From contig NC_092676.1 of the NCBI RefSeq assembly GCF_964355755.1, positions 17,998,871 through 18,062,870 of the forward strand: a stretch of 64,000 nt of DNA. Direction: 5' to 3'. Source of the DNA: Antedon mediterranea (Eukaryota; Animalia; Echinodermata). Below, one piece after another: positions 63,917 to 64,000 of this stretch (within the stretch, counting starts at the first letter, position 1; each line of letters starts with the position of its first letter). Position numbers and translations under genes: made by a program. The notes under the pieces are model-generated. The model was not told the DNA's origin and searched no databases. It worked only from the letters and a program-made list of their open reading frames with translations.

Positions 63917-64000
63917 GCATGAGAACGATGCGCAACGCGCGTTAAGCACATGAACGCGAACGCATTCTATATGATCCTCGTCAAAGGTCAAAATTAGGAG

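Larger units (their letters stand above)
57700..64000. repeat. Segmental duplication of ~9790-17543 (offset ~46.4 kb at the 81-nt exon)
   Basis: Colinear near-identity through LINE, exon and downstream intron, with only scattered SNPs and indels. Confidence 0.95.

Overview
AT-rich, intron-rich eukaryotic genomic DNA, probably from a marine invertebrate; nothing prokaryotic and no CRISPR array. The window holds parts of two tandem minus-strand paralogues, about 46.4 kb apart, of a leucine-rich-repeat GPCR of the LGR type-C/GRL101-like class. Copy A (left) shows an EGF exon, an LRRNT exon and 14 LRR exons; its 7TM exon lies left of the window. Copy B (right) shows 15 LRR exons and the hinge+7TM terminal exon; its N-terminal exons lie right of the window. 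Most LRRs are encoded by 72-nt, phase 2-2 exons inside exon+intron units of roughly 0.35-0.9 kb that were amplified like a satellite. The framework codons are almost invariant, while the residues of the ligand-binding LxxLxLxxN strand are highly variable and aromatic-rich. The two paralogues have near-identical flanking DNA but different LRR cassette orders. The ORF track misses nearly all of these exons. The rest is transposon-derived: a chimeric CR1/L2-group LINE (in both duplicates), an internally deleted Gypsy-type LTR element with a nested DNA transposon, three copies of a non-autonomous Helitron, a Helentron-like element, a foldback element, MITEs, SINEs, and two minisatellites. Exon coordinates and translations were derived by hand; no database searches were run.
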